NCBI GenBank assembly: GCA_021817165.1
Contig: JAKAVT010000003.1
Coordinates: forward strand, 11,844 to 75,843
Source: Nanobdellota archaeon
GTDB lineage: Archaea > Nanobdellota > Nanobdellia > Parvarchaeales > Parvarchaeaceae
Direction: 5' to 3'
DNA length: 64,000 nt
The position numbers were made by a program, and so were the translations under genes. Of this stretch, positions 1 through 9,240 are shown piece by piece (the first letter of the stretch is position 1; every line of letters starts with the position of its first letter). A model generated the notes under the pieces. That model saw nothing but the letters and a program-made list of their open reading frames with translations. It was not told the DNA's origin and ran no database searches.

Positions 1-206
1 AGATTAAAGAAGGCTACGACACGGGCTTGACGCGCTTGGGCGTAGTAATGGGCTACAACGTCAAAACCGGGATAAATACGTCCGTTATGCCGGGTACATT
101 GATAGGAAATAATTCTATAATAGGATCGAATACCGAAGTTAAAGGCAAGATAGAATCCAACAAACTGGTTTACAGTAAAAGCGAAAACGTAGAAAAAAGC
201 ATATGA
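1..206 (+). CDS. 3' end of a hexapeptide-repeat (left-handed beta-helix) nucleotidyl/acetyltransferase-type protein; 5' end outside window
   Basis: Frame 3 reads ...LGVVMGYNVKTGINTSVMPGTLIGNNSIIGSNTEVKGKIESNKLVY...SI*, with the [LIV]-G-x4 periodicity typical of GlmU/sugar-1-P nucleotidyltransferase C-termini. Stop TGA 204-206 overlaps the next ATG (ATGA). Confidence 0.5.
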   Translation, partial: IKEGYDTGLTRLGVVMGYNVKTGINTSVMPGTLIGNNSIIGSNTEVKGKIESNKLVYSKSENVEKSI

Positions 207-1123
207 AAACGGTGACTATAATAGGGGGAAGTGGCGCAAGGAACACGTTAAAAGCGCTGAGAAAGATAAAAAACGTGAAGATAAACAATATAGTAACCAT
301 GTTTGATTCGGGTGGCTCGACCGGCTACCTTAGGAAAAAATTCGGCATTTATGCTCTTGGAGACTTAAGGGACAGGATACTTGCAGTTTCAGAAAATGAA
401 AGTCTTAGGGACATAAGCTCGCAAAGAATAGAGATGGATGGCATAAATCACAACATAGGCAATCTTCTGCTGTATGGATTAGTTAAAAAATACGACAAAG
501 GATACTTAGAAATCGCAAAAGGCATGTTTAAAACTCCGAAGAACATAGATTTCATACCTATTGTTGATAACATAAACTGCTCTGCAAATCTAGTAATAAA
601 AACCGATAAAGGGGAGTTTATAGGGGAAGATAGCCTTGACTCAAACTCAGACCGGGAGCTGAAAATACAGGATGTAAGACTCGATAAGAAAGCGAAGATA
701 AGCAGGACTGCTGCCGATGCGATAATAAAATCAGATTTTCTAATATTCGGGCCCGGAGACGTATACTCGTCGATACTGCCAAACACTCTGGTAGACGGCT
801 TCGACGATACCATTGCGAAATCGAAGGCCAAGAAAATACTCATTGTAAATATAATGAACAAGAAATCAGAAACAAACGGATTTAAGACGTCGGATTTCGT
901 AAGACTTTTCGAGAAGAAAAAGATAAAGATAGATTATATAATAATAAACGAAAAAACCCTACCAGTACAGAAGATAAAGGGGAAATATGGAAGTTTCTCG
1001 GGATGGGTTGAAAACGATCTTTCTGACAAAAGGGTGATAAAAGGAGATTTCATAAATGAAAATCTTCCATATGAGCACGATCCGAATAAGATACTTCTGC
1101 CATTAAAACGCATCATAAAGTAA
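203..1123 (+). CDS. CofD/YvcK (UPF0052) family protein
   Basis: N-terminal IIGGSGARN loop plus FDSGGSTGYLR and ALGDLRDR motifs, typical of the 2-phospho-L-lactate transferase/YvcK family. 306 aa. Confidence 0.7.
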   Translation: MKTVTIIGGSGARNTLKALRKIKNVKINNIVTMFDSGGSTGYLRKKFGIYALGDLRDRILAVSENESLRDISSQRIEMDGINHNIGNLLLYGLVKKYDKGYLEIAKGMFKTPKNIDFIPIVDNINCSANLVIKTDKGEFIGEDSLDSNSDRELKIQDVRLDKKAKISRTAADAIIKSDFLIFGPGDVYSSILPNTLVDGFDDTIAKSKAKKILIVNIMNKKSETNGFKTSDFVRLFEKKKIKIDYIIINEKTLPVQKIKGKYGSFSGWVENDLSDKRVIKGDFINENLPYEHDPNKILLPLKRIIK

Positions 1124-1193
1124 ATGAATTATACCATAAACGAAGCTTAGTATCTTATTTATATAAATGGCATAAGTGATTTGGAGGTTTAGA

Positions 1194-2213
1194 TTAAACC
1201 TTGCCCGCTATTTCCTTTCCCACTTCAGAGCATTTTGCAGTTCCGCCCAAATCGTATGTTAAGACCTTACCTTCTTCAAGCACTTTATAGACGGCAGACT
1301 CTATGGCTTTGCCGGCTTCCACATAACCCATCCAATCAAGCATCATCTTAACCGACATTATAGTTCCTATTGGATTTACCTTATCCATGCCAGTGTACTT
1401 AGGAACGGAACCGTGTATTGGTTCGAACATCGCATATTTTTCTCCAACATTTGCAGATGCGCCTGTACCTATCCCGCCAACAACCATTGCAGCTTCATCA
1501 GATATTATATCCCCAAACAAGTTTTCAGTAACCAGCACGTCGTAAAATTCCGGCTGCTTTATGAACCACTGGGTTATAGCGTCAACATGTGCATCGTCTG
1601 CTTTTACGTCAGGATGATTCTTTGCCTCTTCGTAAAATATGTCCTTGAACATACCATCCGAAACCTTTAATACATTGCCTTTATGAACCAGAGTGACGTG
1701 CTTCTTCCTTCCCTCGGCTAATTTAAATGCATATTCAACTATCCTTTCGCATGCTTTTCTTGTTATTACCCTTATGCCTATAGTAGTTTCCTGATTTACT
1801 CTAAAGTCCAGGCCAGAGTACATCCCCTCAGTGTTCTCTCTTACTATGACCATGTCAACGTTTGGCTTTATACTTGGAACATTCGGGAGGGTCTTATTCG
1901 GCCTAACGTCTGCATAAAGGTCAAAATATTTCCTTATTCCAACGTTTGCACTCGGCAGCGAATTCGCGCCTTCTGGTGTGGTAGTCGGGCCTTTCAATAC
2001 ACAATCTGTAGTTTTAAGTATATCAAGCGTTTCCTTTGGCAGATTAGTGCCATACTTCTCCACGCTGTTCAGGCCTGCTTGTGCAGGCACATACTCTATA
2101 TCAAGGCTAAACTTCTTCTTCGCAGCATCCAGGACTAGAAGCGCTGCATTTACTACATCCGGACCGACTCCATCGCCTTTTATTACAGCGACCTTCCATT
2201 TTTTATTCTCCAT
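1194..2213 (-). CDS. isocitrate/isopropylmalate dehydrogenase family enzyme (probably isocitrate dehydrogenase given translational coupling to acnA)
   Basis: GDGVGPDV N-terminus, NLFGDIISDEAA and GSVPKYTG motifs. Start overlaps the acnA stop by 11 nt. Confidence 0.85.
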   Translation of the reverse strand: MENKKWKVAVIKGDGVGPDVVNAALLVLDAAKKKFSLDIEYVPAQAGLNSVEKYGTNLPKETLDILKTTDCVLKGPTTTPEGANSLPSANVGIRKYFDLYADVRPNKTLPNVPSIKPNVDMVIVRENTEGMYSGLDFRVNQETTIGIRVITRKACERIVEYAFKLAEGRKKHVTLVHKGNVLKVSDGMFKDIFYEEAKNHPDVKADDAHVDAITQWFIKQPEFYDVLVTENLFGDIISDEAAMVVGGIGTGASANVGEKYAMFEPIHGSVPKYTGMDKVNPIGTIMSVKMMLDWMGYVEAGKAIESAVYKVLEEGKVLTYDLGGTAKCSEVGKEIAGKV

Positions 2214-4968
2214 CGTTAAGCATCCTCCTTATCACGTAATTCAGTACTCCTTTATCCCTGTAATAATCCAATTCTATGTCTGAATCAATCCTTGCAATAA
2301 CTTCGGTTTCTCTTTTGATTCCGTCTTGCATATAATAAACCATCTTCAGTTTATCTCTAGGCTTGAAGGTATTTGGTATTTCTATGCTTACAGGTTTTGA
2401 AAAGTCTATTTTAAGGGAGAACCCATCCTCGCCCTCTTTAAATTGTAAGGGTAGAACGCCCATTCCAACTAGATTGCTGCGGTGTATTCTTTCAAAGCTT
2501 TTTGCAACTACTGCCTTTACGCCCAATAGCATCGGACCTTTTGCGGCCCAGTCCCTTGAACTGCCGCTCCCGTATTCTATGCCTGCAAAGACTATCAAGG
2601 GAGTATTGCTTTCTTTGTATTTCATAGCAGCGTCATAAATGAACATCCTTTCCTTTGAAGGCACATAAATCGTATAGCCTCCTTCGGTTCCTTCAACAAG
2701 CAGGTTTTTGATCCTTGTATTTGCGAACGTGCCTCTCATCATAACTTCATGGTTTCCGCGCCTAGAGCCGTAAGTATTAAAGTCTTCAAGCTTTACTCCC
2801 TCTTTCAGCAAGTACTCTCCAGCCGGGCTGTTTTTTGATATGCTGCCTGCCGGTGAGATATGGTCCGTTGAAATCGAATCTCCGAAAACCGCCAGAATGG
2901 TGGCATTCTCTATAGATTTTATTCCACCCTCCTTTTGATTCTCAAGCTCGTCAAAGAAGGGCGGCAGACGAATATATGTACTATCCTCTTCCCATTTGTA
3001 CACTAAACCAGTTGCCGATGGCAATTCATTCCAGTATGGGTTTACATCTTTTAGATTATCCCGGTATTTTTCCTTGAACTCTTCCGGAGATAATACAGAA
3101 CTGACTATCTTGTTTATTTCATCATTTGAAGGCCATATTTCTTTTAAGTAAACATCCTTTCCATCGCTGCCTTTTCCCAAAGGCTCCTTGCTTAGGTCTT
3201 TTAATATCGACCCGGCTATTCCGAATGCTACCACAAGCGGAGGAGACATAAGATAATTTCCTTTAACCTCATTGTGTATCCTTGCTTCATAGTTTCTATT
3301 ACCTGACAGTACACTGGCGGTCATTATCCCGCTTTCTTTTATTGCATTAGAAACCTCCGGAACCAAGGGACCGCTGTTTCCTATGCACGTTGTGCAGCCG
3401 TAGCCCACAAGAGAATAACCCAATTGATCCAAATACTTGTCCAAGCCCGCTTTTTCTAAGTATTCCGTTACAACTCTTGAACCGGGCGCAAGGCTTGTTT
3501 TAACTTTGTGGTTTATTTTTAATCCCTTCTGAACGGCATTTCTTGCAAACAATCCTGCTGCAATCATGGCAACGGGATTACTGGTATTTGTACAGCTTGT
3601 TATGGCAGATATTACTATATCGCCGTCTGAAAACTCCTCTTCTTTCCCATCGCTGAATCTTATATTTACTTTTTTAATTTCCTTTTTACCATTATTGAAA
3701 TCTATTTTTTCCGGCTCAACAACGTTGCTTTCCGTTCCTAACCTGATTTCTTCTTTACCCAACTTCTGTGTCTTTCCATCGTTTATGAAGGCATTTATGA
3801 AAGTAGAAGGAACATTCGAAAGGGAAACTGCCTGCTTTGGATTGCTAGGCCCTGAAACAGATGGTTCAACGGTATTTAAATTCAATTCAAGAACGTCTGA
3901 AAACTTTACCTTCGAATAATCTAAGTTGAACATTTTCTGGTTTTCATAGTAATTTTTAACAAGCTGTATCTGGCTTTCAGGCCTGCCAGTGGCTTTAAGG
4001 TAATTCAACGTTTCGTTGTCCACTGGGAAGAACGAGATGGTTGCACCGTATTCCGGACACATGTTGGATATGGTAGCTCTGTCAGGCAGCGAAAGGGCAT
4101 TTACCCCTTCCCCATAAAATTCTATAAACCAGCCTACCACTTCTTTCTCTCTAAATTTACGTGTAAGTGTAAGCGCTAAATCCATTGCCGTTACTCCTTC
4201 ATTTAACCTGCCAGTTAAATGAACCCCCAAGACCTTTGGAGTGGTGAAAGAAACCGGTTGGTTAAGCAATGCCGCCTCTGCTTCTATTCCGCCTACGCCA
4301 AAACCCACAATGCCTAAACCGTCTATCATCGTGGTGTGCGAGTCCGTTCCTACCAGTGTATCGGGGTATGCAACGTTTGATTTGCCGTCGAGGTGAACGA
4401 CTTCACCAAGATATTCCAGATTAACCTGATGGCATATGCCTGCGGAAGGAGGAAAGACATTGAACGACTTGAAGGCCTGGCTTGCCCATTTCAACAGCTT
4501 ATACCTTTCCTTGTTCCTTTCTACTTCCTTTTCCTGGTTTATCTTAAATGAATCTTCCGTGCCAAATGAATCTATCTGTACGGAATGGTCAATTATCAGG
4601 TCTACTTTCATCAGCGGTTCAACTGTCGCTGGATCCTTTCCTTTTTTGGCTACGTAATCGCGAATAGCCGCTATGTCCACGACTGCCGGCACGCCGGTAA
4701 AATCCTGCATCAACACCCTTGAAACCTTAAATGGAACGTCATTGTCATTTGGATTCGAAGGATCCCAATTCGCAATGTTCATCACATCTTTGTCCTTAAC
4801 GCTTTTTCCATCCAAATTCCTAAGAAGAGACTCTAAGACAACTCTTACAGAAAAAGGTAGCCTTGAGATATTATAGCCCTGCTTTTCTAATTTTGGTAAC
4901 GAATAATAGTTTATTGTTTTCCCGTTTAAATCAAATTTGGATAGTGTTTTCTGCCACTCTGTTTCCAC
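2203..4968 (-). CDS. acnA: aconitate hydratase A
   Basis: 921 aa with LMQDFTGVPAVVD, GTDSHTTM, TSCTNTSNP and CTTCIGNSG Fe-S ligand motifs. GTG start preceded by a TATA box at 21 nt. Confidence 0.95.
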   Translation of the reverse strand: METEWQKTLSKFDLNGKTINYYSLPKLEKQGYNISRLPFSVRVVLESLLRNLDGKSVKDKDVMNIANWDPSNPNDNDVPFKVSRVLMQDFTGVPAVVDIAAIRDYVAKKGKDPATVEPLMKVDLIIDHSVQIDSFGTEDSFKINQEKEVERNKERYKLLKWASQAFKSFNVFPPSAGICHQVNLEYLGEVVHLDGKSNVAYPDTLVGTDSHTTMIDGLGIVGFGVGGIEAEAALLNQPVSFTTPKVLGVHLTGRLNEGVTAMDLALTLTRKFREKEVVGWFIEFYGEGVNALSLPDRATISNMCPEYGATISFFPVDNETLNYLKATGRPESQIQLVKNYYENQKMFNLDYSKVKFSDVLELNLNTVEPSVSGPSNPKQAVSLSNVPSTFINAFINDGKTQKLGKEEIRLGTESNVVEPEKIDFNNGKKEIKKVNIRFSDGKEEEFSDGDIVISAITSCTNTSNPVAMIAAGLFARNAVQKGLKINHKVKTSLAPGSRVVTEYLEKAGLDKYLDQLGYSLVGYGCTTCIGNSGPLVPEVSNAIKESGIMTASVLSGNRNYEARIHNEVKGNYLMSPPLVVAFGIAGSILKDLSKEPLGKGSDGKDVYLKEIWPSNDEINKIVSSVLSPEEFKEKYRDNLKDVNPYWNELPSATGLVYKWEEDSTYIRLPPFFDELENQKEGGIKSIENATILAVFGDSISTDHISPAGSISKNSPAGEYLLKEGVKLEDFNTYGSRRGNHEVMMRGTFANTRIKNLLVEGTEGGYTIYVPSKERMFIYDAAMKYKESNTPLIVFAGIEYGSGSSRDWAAKGPMLLGVKAVVAKSFERIHRSNLVGMGVLPLQFKEGEDGFSLKIDFSKPVSIEIPNTFKPRDKLKMVYYMQDGIKRETEVIARIDSDIELDYYRDKGVLNYVIRRMLNDGE

Positions 4969-4989
4969 CTTAATTAAAAGTAATTGTTA

Positions 4990-4997
4990 AATTTAAA
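4990..4997 (-). promoter_or_regulatory. TATA box of the acnA-icd operon
   Basis: Minus strand TTTAAATT, then exactly 21 nt, then the GTG start at 4968. The same geometry recurs at other operon-first genes. Confidence 0.4.
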
Positions 4998-5058
4998 GGT
5001 TAATATCAATAAACTTGTTTGCAGATTACAAAATAAAGGTTCATTTTTAGCATAGAAA

Positions 5059-5703
5059 TTATTTGATTTTCTGTGCAGTATTATCCGTGTTATCTATTTT
5101 ATCGTTTTTTGATTCCTTTTCAGCTAAGCTGCTTGAATTTGAATCAGAAGGTTTTATAGGAATTGATGCAGCATTATTCTCACTAACTTTATTATTTTGG
5201 GTTTCAGTTTGTACAGTTGCATTTGTTTCGGTTTTTTGAGGCTGGCCAGCCTTCTGGAATTTTATTATATCGTATTCATCTTCATAAGGTTTTACAAGCT
5301 TTTCGTACACCTCTCTTAATTGAAAAGGGCTGTAAACCAATTCTTTCCTTTTGTCCGTAGAAATGTCATACTTGTGGGTGTGGTGCAGTACTTTAGGTGG
5401 GCAGATTTCGCTGCATAGACCGCAGAATATGCACTTATTAAAGTCTATTGCAGGAGCTTCGCTCCTTGCATTTGTATGAAAACCGGCTTCTTTGAAATCA
5501 ACTTTCTGCATCCTTATCGCATCAGAAGGGCAAATTTTAAAACAGAGTTCGCAGCCTATGCAGTTTTCTAAATCTAGACTGAGCATTCCTCTGCTTCTTT
5601 TTTGTATTGGCAAGGGCTTGTCAGGATAGGGATAGGTGGCCCTGTTCGAAACTGCTTCCTTTATTCCATAACCAAATACGCTGAAAGTCTCTTTTATTCC
5701 CAT
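5059..5703 (-). CDS. nuoI: NADH-quinone oxidoreductase subunit I (2x[4Fe-4S]) with a low-complexity C-terminal tail
   Basis: CIGCELCFKICP and CIFCGLCSEICP ferredoxin motifs. I prefer ATG 5703 (MGIKETF...), 1 nt after the nuoH stop, over the ORF-track start 5724. Confidence 0.9.
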   Translation of the reverse strand: MGIKETFSVFGYGIKEAVSNRATYPYPDKPLPIQKRSRGMLSLDLENCIGCELCFKICPSDAIRMQKVDFKEAGFHTNARSEAPAIDFNKCIFCGLCSEICPPKVLHHTHKYDISTDKRKELVYSPFQLREVYEKLVKPYEDEYDIIKFQKAGQPQKTETNATVQTETQNNKVSENNAASIPIKPSDSNSSSLAEKESKNDKIDNTDNTAQKIK

Positions 5704-5704
5704 A

Positions 5705-6700
5705 TTACAACACCAAAAGCTCAACTAATATTAAGTTAAGTACTGCCAACGGCAAAAGCCAATTCCATCCGAACTTTATAAGCTGGTCTATTCTCGGCCT
5801 TCCAAGGACCCATCTTGGCGTCAGTATAATCATTAAAACAATCGCCGTTTTTATGATAAACCATAATATCCCTGAAATAAACGGCCCGTTCCACCCTCCC
5901 AAGAAAAGATAGGTAACTAGCATTGCGATTACTGTGACCCTGACATAATCTCCGATTAAAAAGAAACCGTACCTGATTCCACTGTATTCTACCTTCCATC
6001 CTGCCTGCAATTCCTGCGAAGCTTCCGGCACGTCAAAAGGCTCTCTTTCTATTATTGCCAAACCTGCAATTATGAATACAACCATGGTGACCGGCAGATA
6101 GGCGGCATACCAGATGGCAGACTGGCTGCTTACTATCGAAGTAATGCTGTAACTGCCGGAGAGCAATGCAACGCTAGAGAGAACGACTATCAACGCCAAT
6201 TCGTAGCTTATTATCTGCGCCGCTCCCCTAAAACCTCCTATAAGCGCGTACTTGTTGTTTTCCCCCCATCCGGCTATTAACAGCAGCAACGGAGAGATGG
6301 CAAGCAAGGTGTAAATAAAAAGCAGAGAGTAGGGTATTGATATAAACTCTAAACCTGGCCCGCCTAACGGTACTATAAGCAGCATAGCAAACGAAGCAGT
6401 CGCTAAAGCTATGGGAGTGAAATTGAATGAGAGCCAATCGATATTTGTGGCTATGAAGCGTTTTCCAAGCAGCTTTGTCAAATCCGCAAAATTCTGCAGG
6501 AGCCCGAATGGGCCAACGTAAACTGGCCCATACCTAGACTCTATTCTTGCAGCGTATTTCCTGTCCACCCAGCCTATGAATATGGGAATTAAAGCTGTGA
6601 CTATCACTGCTAAGATTGCAATGATTATAAAACTGATTATGTATGACAGGGGAGAGAGAATAAACGCAGAAATGATTGAATAGACGTAATTGAATATCAT
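5705..6700 (-). CDS. nuoH: NADH-quinone oxidoreductase subunit H
   Basis: Polytopic membrane protein with WVDRKYAARIESRYGP...GLLQNFADLTKL, the NuoH/ND1 signature region. Confidence 0.9.
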   Translation of the reverse strand: MIFNYVYSIISAFILSPLSYIISFIIIAILAVIVTALIPIFIGWVDRKYAARIESRYGPVYVGPFGLLQNFADLTKLLGKRFIATNIDWLSFNFTPIALATASFAMLLIVPLGGPGLEFISIPYSLLFIYTLLAISPLLLLIAGWGENNKYALIGGFRGAAQIISYELALIVVLSSVALLSGSYSITSIVSSQSAIWYAAYLPVTMVVFIIAGLAIIEREPFDVPEASQELQAGWKVEYSGIRYGFFLIGDYVRVTVIAMLVTYLFLGGWNGPFISGILWFIIKTAIVLMIILTPRWVLGRPRIDQLIKFGWNWLLPLAVLNLILVELLVL

Positions 6701-7797
6701 CTGTCAACCTCCCCCATAACAGGATCAATGCTTGCTACTATCACAAATGCATCTGCTACCCTTATGTTAACAAGCAACTCTTCCAATGCGCGTATTGCAA
6801 AAAACGTGGGGCTTCTAAGCTTTAACCTGTAGGGCTTATCAGCGCCGTCAGTCACAAGGAATATGCCCATCTCACCTCTTGAACTTTCCTGTTTTACGAA
6901 AGTATCTTTCTTTGGTATCCTGATTATCCAAGGAACTGCGGTTTTTGACGAGCCTGCTGGTAAATCCTTAATGCACTGCCGTATTATCTTTATTGACTCC
7001 AGTATCTCCATAACCCTTACAACGAATCTAGAGTACGTATCTCCATCATTTTCAACGGGTATGTTAAAGTCCACCTTATCATAAGCCAGGTAAGGCGAAA
7101 CCTTTCTTAAATCCCTCCTTATTCCGGAAGCCCTTGCTATTGGGCCGGTTATCCCGTATTTCTTTACCATATCTTTAGTCAGCACTCCGATGCCTTTTGT
7201 CCTTGAAAGAAATATCTGGTTTTTAGTAAACATTGCATTGTATTCATGCTTTACTTTGTCCTCTATGATTGACAATGCTTCTAATATCTCATTCTCTATT
7301 CCCTGTGGAAAATCGTAGAACATCCCTCCATTACAGATGTACATCGGAGCAAGCCGCCCCCCGCTTATCTTTTCCACTACGTTCATTAAAAGCTCCCTCT
7401 CCCTCAATGCCCAGATAAAACCAGTCATATTGCCCAAATCCTCGCCGAAACTACCTATGAATACGAGGTGGCTCATTATCCTCTGTATCTCTGCCATTAT
7501 GGTTCTTATGTAGACTGCTCTTGGTGGTATCTCTATACCGGCAGCCTTTTCTACAACAGAAGCATACAATATTTCCATGTTAAGCGCGGAAACATAGTCA
7601 AGTTTATCCATTATGGGGTAATAATTCGAAAAGTAGCGCATCTCGGCTATTTTCTCGCTGGCCCTGTGAAGGAAACCTATTTCCGTCTGCGCCTTTGTTA
7701 TGGTGTCTCCTTCCACATCCAGTATAAGTTTTAGAACTCCGTGCATGGCCGGGTGCACAGGCCCTATATTCAGCCTGATACTGTTTTCTTTTACCAT
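6697..7797 (-). CDS. nuoD: NADH-quinone oxidoreductase subunit D
   Basis: NIGPVHPAMHGVLKL and the C-terminal DPVMGEVDR motif, typical of NuoD/49 kDa. Confidence 0.95.
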   Translation of the reverse strand: MVKENSIRLNIGPVHPAMHGVLKLILDVEGDTITKAQTEIGFLHRASEKIAEMRYFSNYYPIMDKLDYVSALNMEILYASVVEKAAGIEIPPRAVYIRTIMAEIQRIMSHLVFIGSFGEDLGNMTGFIWALRERELLMNVVEKISGGRLAPMYICNGGMFYDFPQGIENEILEALSIIEDKVKHEYNAMFTKNQIFLSRTKGIGVLTKDMVKKYGITGPIARASGIRRDLRKVSPYLAYDKVDFNIPVENDGDTYSRFVVRVMEILESIKIIRQCIKDLPAGSSKTAVPWIIRIPKKDTFVKQESSRGEMGIFLVTDGADKPYRLKLRSPTFFAIRALEELLVNIRVADAFVIVASIDPVMGEVDR

Positions 7798-7798
7798 A

Positions 7799-8263
7799 TC
7801 AAAACTTAAGGTCTAAGCCGGTCCAATTCCTGATCTCGTCGTCAACCTTGAAGTCTTTTCTAAGCGGGTGGCCAGGCCAGTCTTCCGGTAAGAGTATTCT
7901 TCTTAGATCAGGATGGCCGTTGAATTTTATGCCAAATAAATCGTACGCTTCCCTCTCTTCCCAATTCGCAGAGTTGAATGTGTCCGTTATGGAATCGATG
8001 GAAAAATCTTTCTCGTCTATGTTGACTTTAAGAACAAGCGAATCGGCATTTCTATAATTTGAGAAGATATAATTTAACTCAAACACGGGAGTGTAATCCA
8101 CCACTGAAAGAGCGTAGAGAATGTCAAATTCTTCTTTAATCTGCCACGCTACTTTTTTTATCAGTTTCTTGTTTTTTATCCTTATTATAGAAAGCTTCGG
8201 CTCTTCCGTCAATACCTCTAACTCCCCTTTAAATCCGCTCTTAAGCTTGTCTAATGTTACCAT
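7799..8263 (-). CDS. nuoC: NADH-quinone oxidoreductase subunit C
   Basis: ANWEEREAYDLFGIKFNGHPDLRRILL, the NuoC/30 kDa signature. Confidence 0.9.
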   Translation of the reverse strand: MVTLDKLKSGFKGELEVLTEEPKLSIIRIKNKKLIKKVAWQIKEEFDILYALSVVDYTPVFELNYIFSNYRNADSLVLKVNIDEKDFSIDSITDTFNSANWEEREAYDLFGIKFNGHPDLRRILLPEDWPGHPLRKDFKVDDEIRNWTGLDLKF

Positions 8264-8768
8264 TTTTCTGCGCTTTTGATTTATTTTCTTTTATAAGTTT
8301 CTGCAGGACTCTAACTGCATCTAAAAATTCCTCGGGCCTTGGTGGGCACCCTGGGATAAAGGCATCGACCGGCATTATACGGTCTATCCCTTCTATCGTG
8401 TTATAGCTGTCGTGGTATAATCCGCCGCTTACGTTGCATGCCCCGACGGCTATGACATACTTAGGATCTGGCATCTGTTCGTACACGTTTAAAAGTCTTC
8501 TTGCCATTTTTTTGGTTATCGTGCCGCTTACAAGTATAAGGTCCGACTGCCTCGGAGAATCTCCGGTGAAAAGAACCCCTAGCCTGTCTGAATCGACTTT
8601 TGTGGCGCCGAACGTCATCATCTCTATCGCGCAGCAGGATGTCCCGAATGTCAGCGGCCAGAGGGAATTGCTTCTTCCCCAGTTCAATACTGTGTTTATG
8701 AACTTTTCTGCTTTCATGAATACTATCTCGTACAGACCTGGATAAGAAAAACCATTTGATTCTTCCAT
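8241..8768 (-). CDS. nuoB: NADH-quinone oxidoreductase subunit B
   Basis: CCAIEMM, GACNVSGG and PGCPPRPE N2-cluster motifs. Confidence 0.95.
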   Translation of the reverse strand: MEESNGFSYPGLYEIVFMKAEKFINTVLNWGRSNSLWPLTFGTSCCAIEMMTFGATKVDSDRLGVLFTGDSPRQSDLILVSGTITKKMARRLLNVYEQMPDPKYVIAVGACNVSGGLYHDSYNTIEGIDRIMPVDAFIPGCPPRPEEFLDAVRVLQKLIKENKSKAQKNGNIRQA

Positions 8769-9136
8769 TAATTCTCCTCCGAAAGCTTATCTTCCAGTTT
8801 CAATAGGTACCTTACTAAAATGACCATGTAAAAAAGCGCTAAAAGGACGGACGCAGAGATTGAAATGCTTAGCAGCTTAGCGCTTTCTGCCCACAGGAAA
8901 ACAAGCACCATAATTGCTTCGAGAACAACAAATATAAGCGCGTAAAAGAAATATTGAAAACCGACGTTTCTCATGCCGGAAATCGACCGCTCGCCGCTTT
9001 CTATCGGGGCACTCCCTTTACCGACAGGCTTGGTCTTGGGACTCAGAAAACTTGACAGCTTTATGAAAGAGATCCACACCAGTATTGCCACTACAATGAG
9101 TAAACCAAACAATGCAAATTCTATTCCCATACTCAA
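8768..9136 (-). CDS. nuoA: NADH-quinone oxidoreductase subunit A
   Basis: 122 aa, 3 TM, FQYFFYALIFVVLEAIMVLVFLW region. First gene of the nuo cluster. ORF-track start 9136 is TTG; ATG at 9130 is an alternative. Confidence 0.8.
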   Translation of the reverse strand: MSMGIEFALFGLLIVVAILVWISFIKLSSFLSPKTKPVGKGSAPIESGERSISGMRNVGFQYFFYALIFVVLEAIMVLVFLWAESAKLLSISISASVLLALFYMVILVRYLLKLEDKLSEEN

Positions 9137-9211
9137 TTAAACAACTCAGAATTAAAAAGACTTTCTAACAAAGAAAAAGCACGTTAACGACATTCGCAAT
9201 AATATTAAGCA

Positions 9212-9219
9212 TATATATT
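9212..9219 (+). promoter_or_regulatory. TATA box for gene 9241
   Basis: TATATATT, then 21 nt, then ATG 9241. Confidence 0.4.
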
Positions 9220-9240
9220 TAAGCCATGATTTAAAATTTA

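Noticed and set aside
1-100. A locally GC-rich patch (32 G/C in the first 60 nt by my count) compared with the AT-rich remainder, a possible sign of foreign origin.
   Set aside because: It is far too short and lies inside a truncated gene. It cannot be evaluated without the upstream sequence.
9182-9189. CGTTAACG palindrome in the nuoA/9241 divergent spacer. It contains the same CGTTA/TAACG half-sites as the suf operator, in swapped order.
   Set aside because: The half-site arrangement and spacing differ, the flanking TA extension and adjacent TATA fusion are absent, and an 8-bp palindrome is not improbable by chance. I do not count it as a third operator without a genome-wide test.
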